Part shown: piece after piece, positions 1 through 586 of the stretch
Numbering within the stretch: position 1 is the first letter of the stretch
How the letters are laid out: each line of letters starts with the position of its first letter
NCBI RefSeq assembly: GCF_003334255.1
Contig: NZ_QOWU01000220.1
Source: Escherichia coli
GTDB lineage: Bacteria > Pseudomonadota > Gammaproteobacteria > Enterobacterales > Enterobacteriaceae
Length of the DNA stretch: 586 nucleotides
Reading direction: 5' to 3' (one strand)
Notes under the pieces: model-generated
What the model was told of the DNA's origin: nothing
The model's database searches: none
What the model saw: the letters and a program-made list of their open reading frames with translations, nothing else
Program-made: the position numbers and the translations under genes

Positions 1-6
1 TCTTCG

Positions 7-46
7 TCAAAAACAACGGGGCGACCATCAAACAGCGTCGCCCCGT
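7..46 (-). terminator. Rho-independent (intrinsic) terminator for the minus-strand gene: perfect 10-bp GC-rich stem, 11-nt loop, followed by a U-tract
   Basis: Plus-strand 16-25 ACGGGGCGAC is the exact reverse complement of 37-46 GTCGCCCCGT (8 of 10 stem pairs are G:C), separated by 11 nt (26-36). On the minus strand the stem is immediately followed by TGTTTTTGA (plus coordinates 15..7). It lies about 51 nt downstream of the CDS stop at 98-100. On the plus strand the hairpin is followed by gttcatgctg, which is not U-rich, so it looks unidirectional. Confidence 0.55.
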
Positions 47-97
47 GTTCATGCTGCTCGAGTGCATCCAGCACTGCAGCACGGATATCAGTGTGTT

Positions 98-553
98 TCA
101 TCGTTTTATCGCAATCCTCAGTTGTTGTTTCAGCGCGGATGCCAGTTCTCCGGGCAGGCGTTCACGCCGGATACGGTCAACATTCTCATCAAACGCCTGT
201 TTCAGTGGGGCCGCCATCGGGATTTTCACCACATCAATAGGGTAACGGTTTTTCCCGGCCACACGCTGCATGACATGCCAGCGACCGTTTTTTAATCGCT
301 GAATGAATGCCCGCTGATACCGATGCTGACCGGCTTTAAGTATGCTGTTCGGACGACGGCCCAGCATCCTGATCCCCAGCTTAATCACTGGAAGATCACC
401 GCGGTTAACGATAATTTTTGCGTTCGGATTTCTGACCGTCGCCCTTTTCAGTCTGGACCGTTCCTTAACCAGTTTCCGGCGTACCTTTGTCTCCCGGGCA
501 ACCTGTGATGAAGACTGATTAATCGCCGTTGTGGCCACGCGGTTAATCGTCAT
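98..553 (-). CDS. Hypothetical highly basic (Arg/Lys-rich) protein, probable nucleic-acid-binding; 151 aa from ATG at 553 to TGA at 98-100; true start may lie upstream of the window
   Basis: Longest ORF in the window, covering about 78% of it. My codon-by-codon reverse-complement translation reproduces the supplied 151-aa protein. It has 24 Arg and 13 Lys versus 9 Asp/Glu, no Cys, and non-repetitive, protein-like composition. A strong hairpin plus U-tract lies about 50 nt downstream of the stop on the same strand. No family assigned; recognition is from memory only and no search was possible. No obvious Shine-Dalgarno sequence precedes the ATG at 551-553 (upstream minus-strand sequence ccggcggcttcagcaATG) and the frame is open through 554-586. 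Confidence 0.6.
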   Translation of the reverse strand: MTINRVATTAINQSSSQVARETKVRRKLVKERSRLKRATVRNPNAKIIVNRGDLPVIKLGIRMLGRRPNSILKAGQHRYQRAFIQRLKNGRWHVMQRVAGKNRYPIDVVKIPMAAPLKQAFDENVDRIRRERLPGELASALKQQLRIAIKR

Positions 554-586
554 TGCTGAAGCCGCCGGAATGGCGTTTTTACGAAC

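Noticed and set aside
45-245. Plus-strand ORF, 66 aa (MFMLLECIQHCSTDISVF...)
   Set aside because: Entirely antisense to or overlapping the much longer minus-strand CDS and the terminator hairpin; low-complexity, Ser/Cys/Phe-rich composition typical of a shadow ORF; no ribosome-binding site noted.
62-295. Plus-strand ORF, 77 aa (MHPALQHGYQ...)
   Set aside because: Fully embedded antisense to the 151-aa CDS; short; the minus-strand terminator orientation supports the minus-strand gene as the real one. Shadow ORFs of this size are common opposite genuine genes.
410-415. Plus-strand -10-like hexamer GATAAT
   Set aside because: No acceptable -35 hexamer at 16-18 bp spacing upstream, and it lies inside the minus-strand CDS with no downstream plus-strand gene to drive.
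323-508. Plus-strand ORF, 61 aa (MLTGFKYAVRTTAQHPDPQL...)
   Set aside because: Same reasoning: antisense to the main CDS, short, no supporting signals.
400-546. Direct repeat CGCGGTTAA at 400-408 and 538-546
   Set aside because: Nine base pairs only; both copies lie in-frame in the CDS, encoding V-N-R and I-N-R, so the repeat is explained by similar short peptide motifs. Not sufficient evidence for a repeat element or site.
292-550. Recurring TTAATC(G/A)(C/T) motif at 292-299, 381-388, 519-526 and 543-550
   Set aside because: The copies fall in different codon phases of the minus-strand CDS and are only 8 bp and degenerate. Most likely chance recurrence in coding sequence rather than binding sites or element ends.
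98-553. Assignment of the basic protein to a specific family (FinO/ProQ-like, lambda N-like antiterminator, IS1 InsB-like, PcnB C-terminal tail)
   Set aside because: Considered only because of the overall basic character; I could not recall any diagnostic motif match to these families, so naming one would be unsupported guesswork.
1-586. tRNA, rRNA, CRISPR repeats, transposon inverted repeats, REP elements
   Set aside because: No cloverleaf-compatible structure, no regularly spaced direct repeats, and the single palindrome does not resemble the REP consensus as I recall it; nothing supports these calls.

Overview
This 586-bp window is dominated by one minus-strand coding region (98..553, 151 aa) followed on the same strand by a convincing intrinsic terminator (7..46). 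The encoded protein is extremely basic (24 Arg and 13 Lys against 9 Asp/Glu), has no cysteine, and matches no family I can recognise from memory, so I call it a hypothetical, probably nucleic-acid-binding protein. Its arginine codon usage is rich in AGG/AGA/CGA/CGG, which in an enterobacterial-like background hints at horizontally acquired DNA (prophage, plasmid or island), but the host is unknown. The annotated ATG at 553 has no clear Shine-Dalgarno sequence and the frame stays open to the window edge, so the gene may be 5'-truncated here. The three plus-strand ORFs are antisense to this gene and are most likely artefacts. I see no RNA genes, CRISPR repeats or transposon ends. No multi-gene system can be supported from this window: the one notable feature is an orphan, highly basic protein that needs a database search and its flanking context to interpret.
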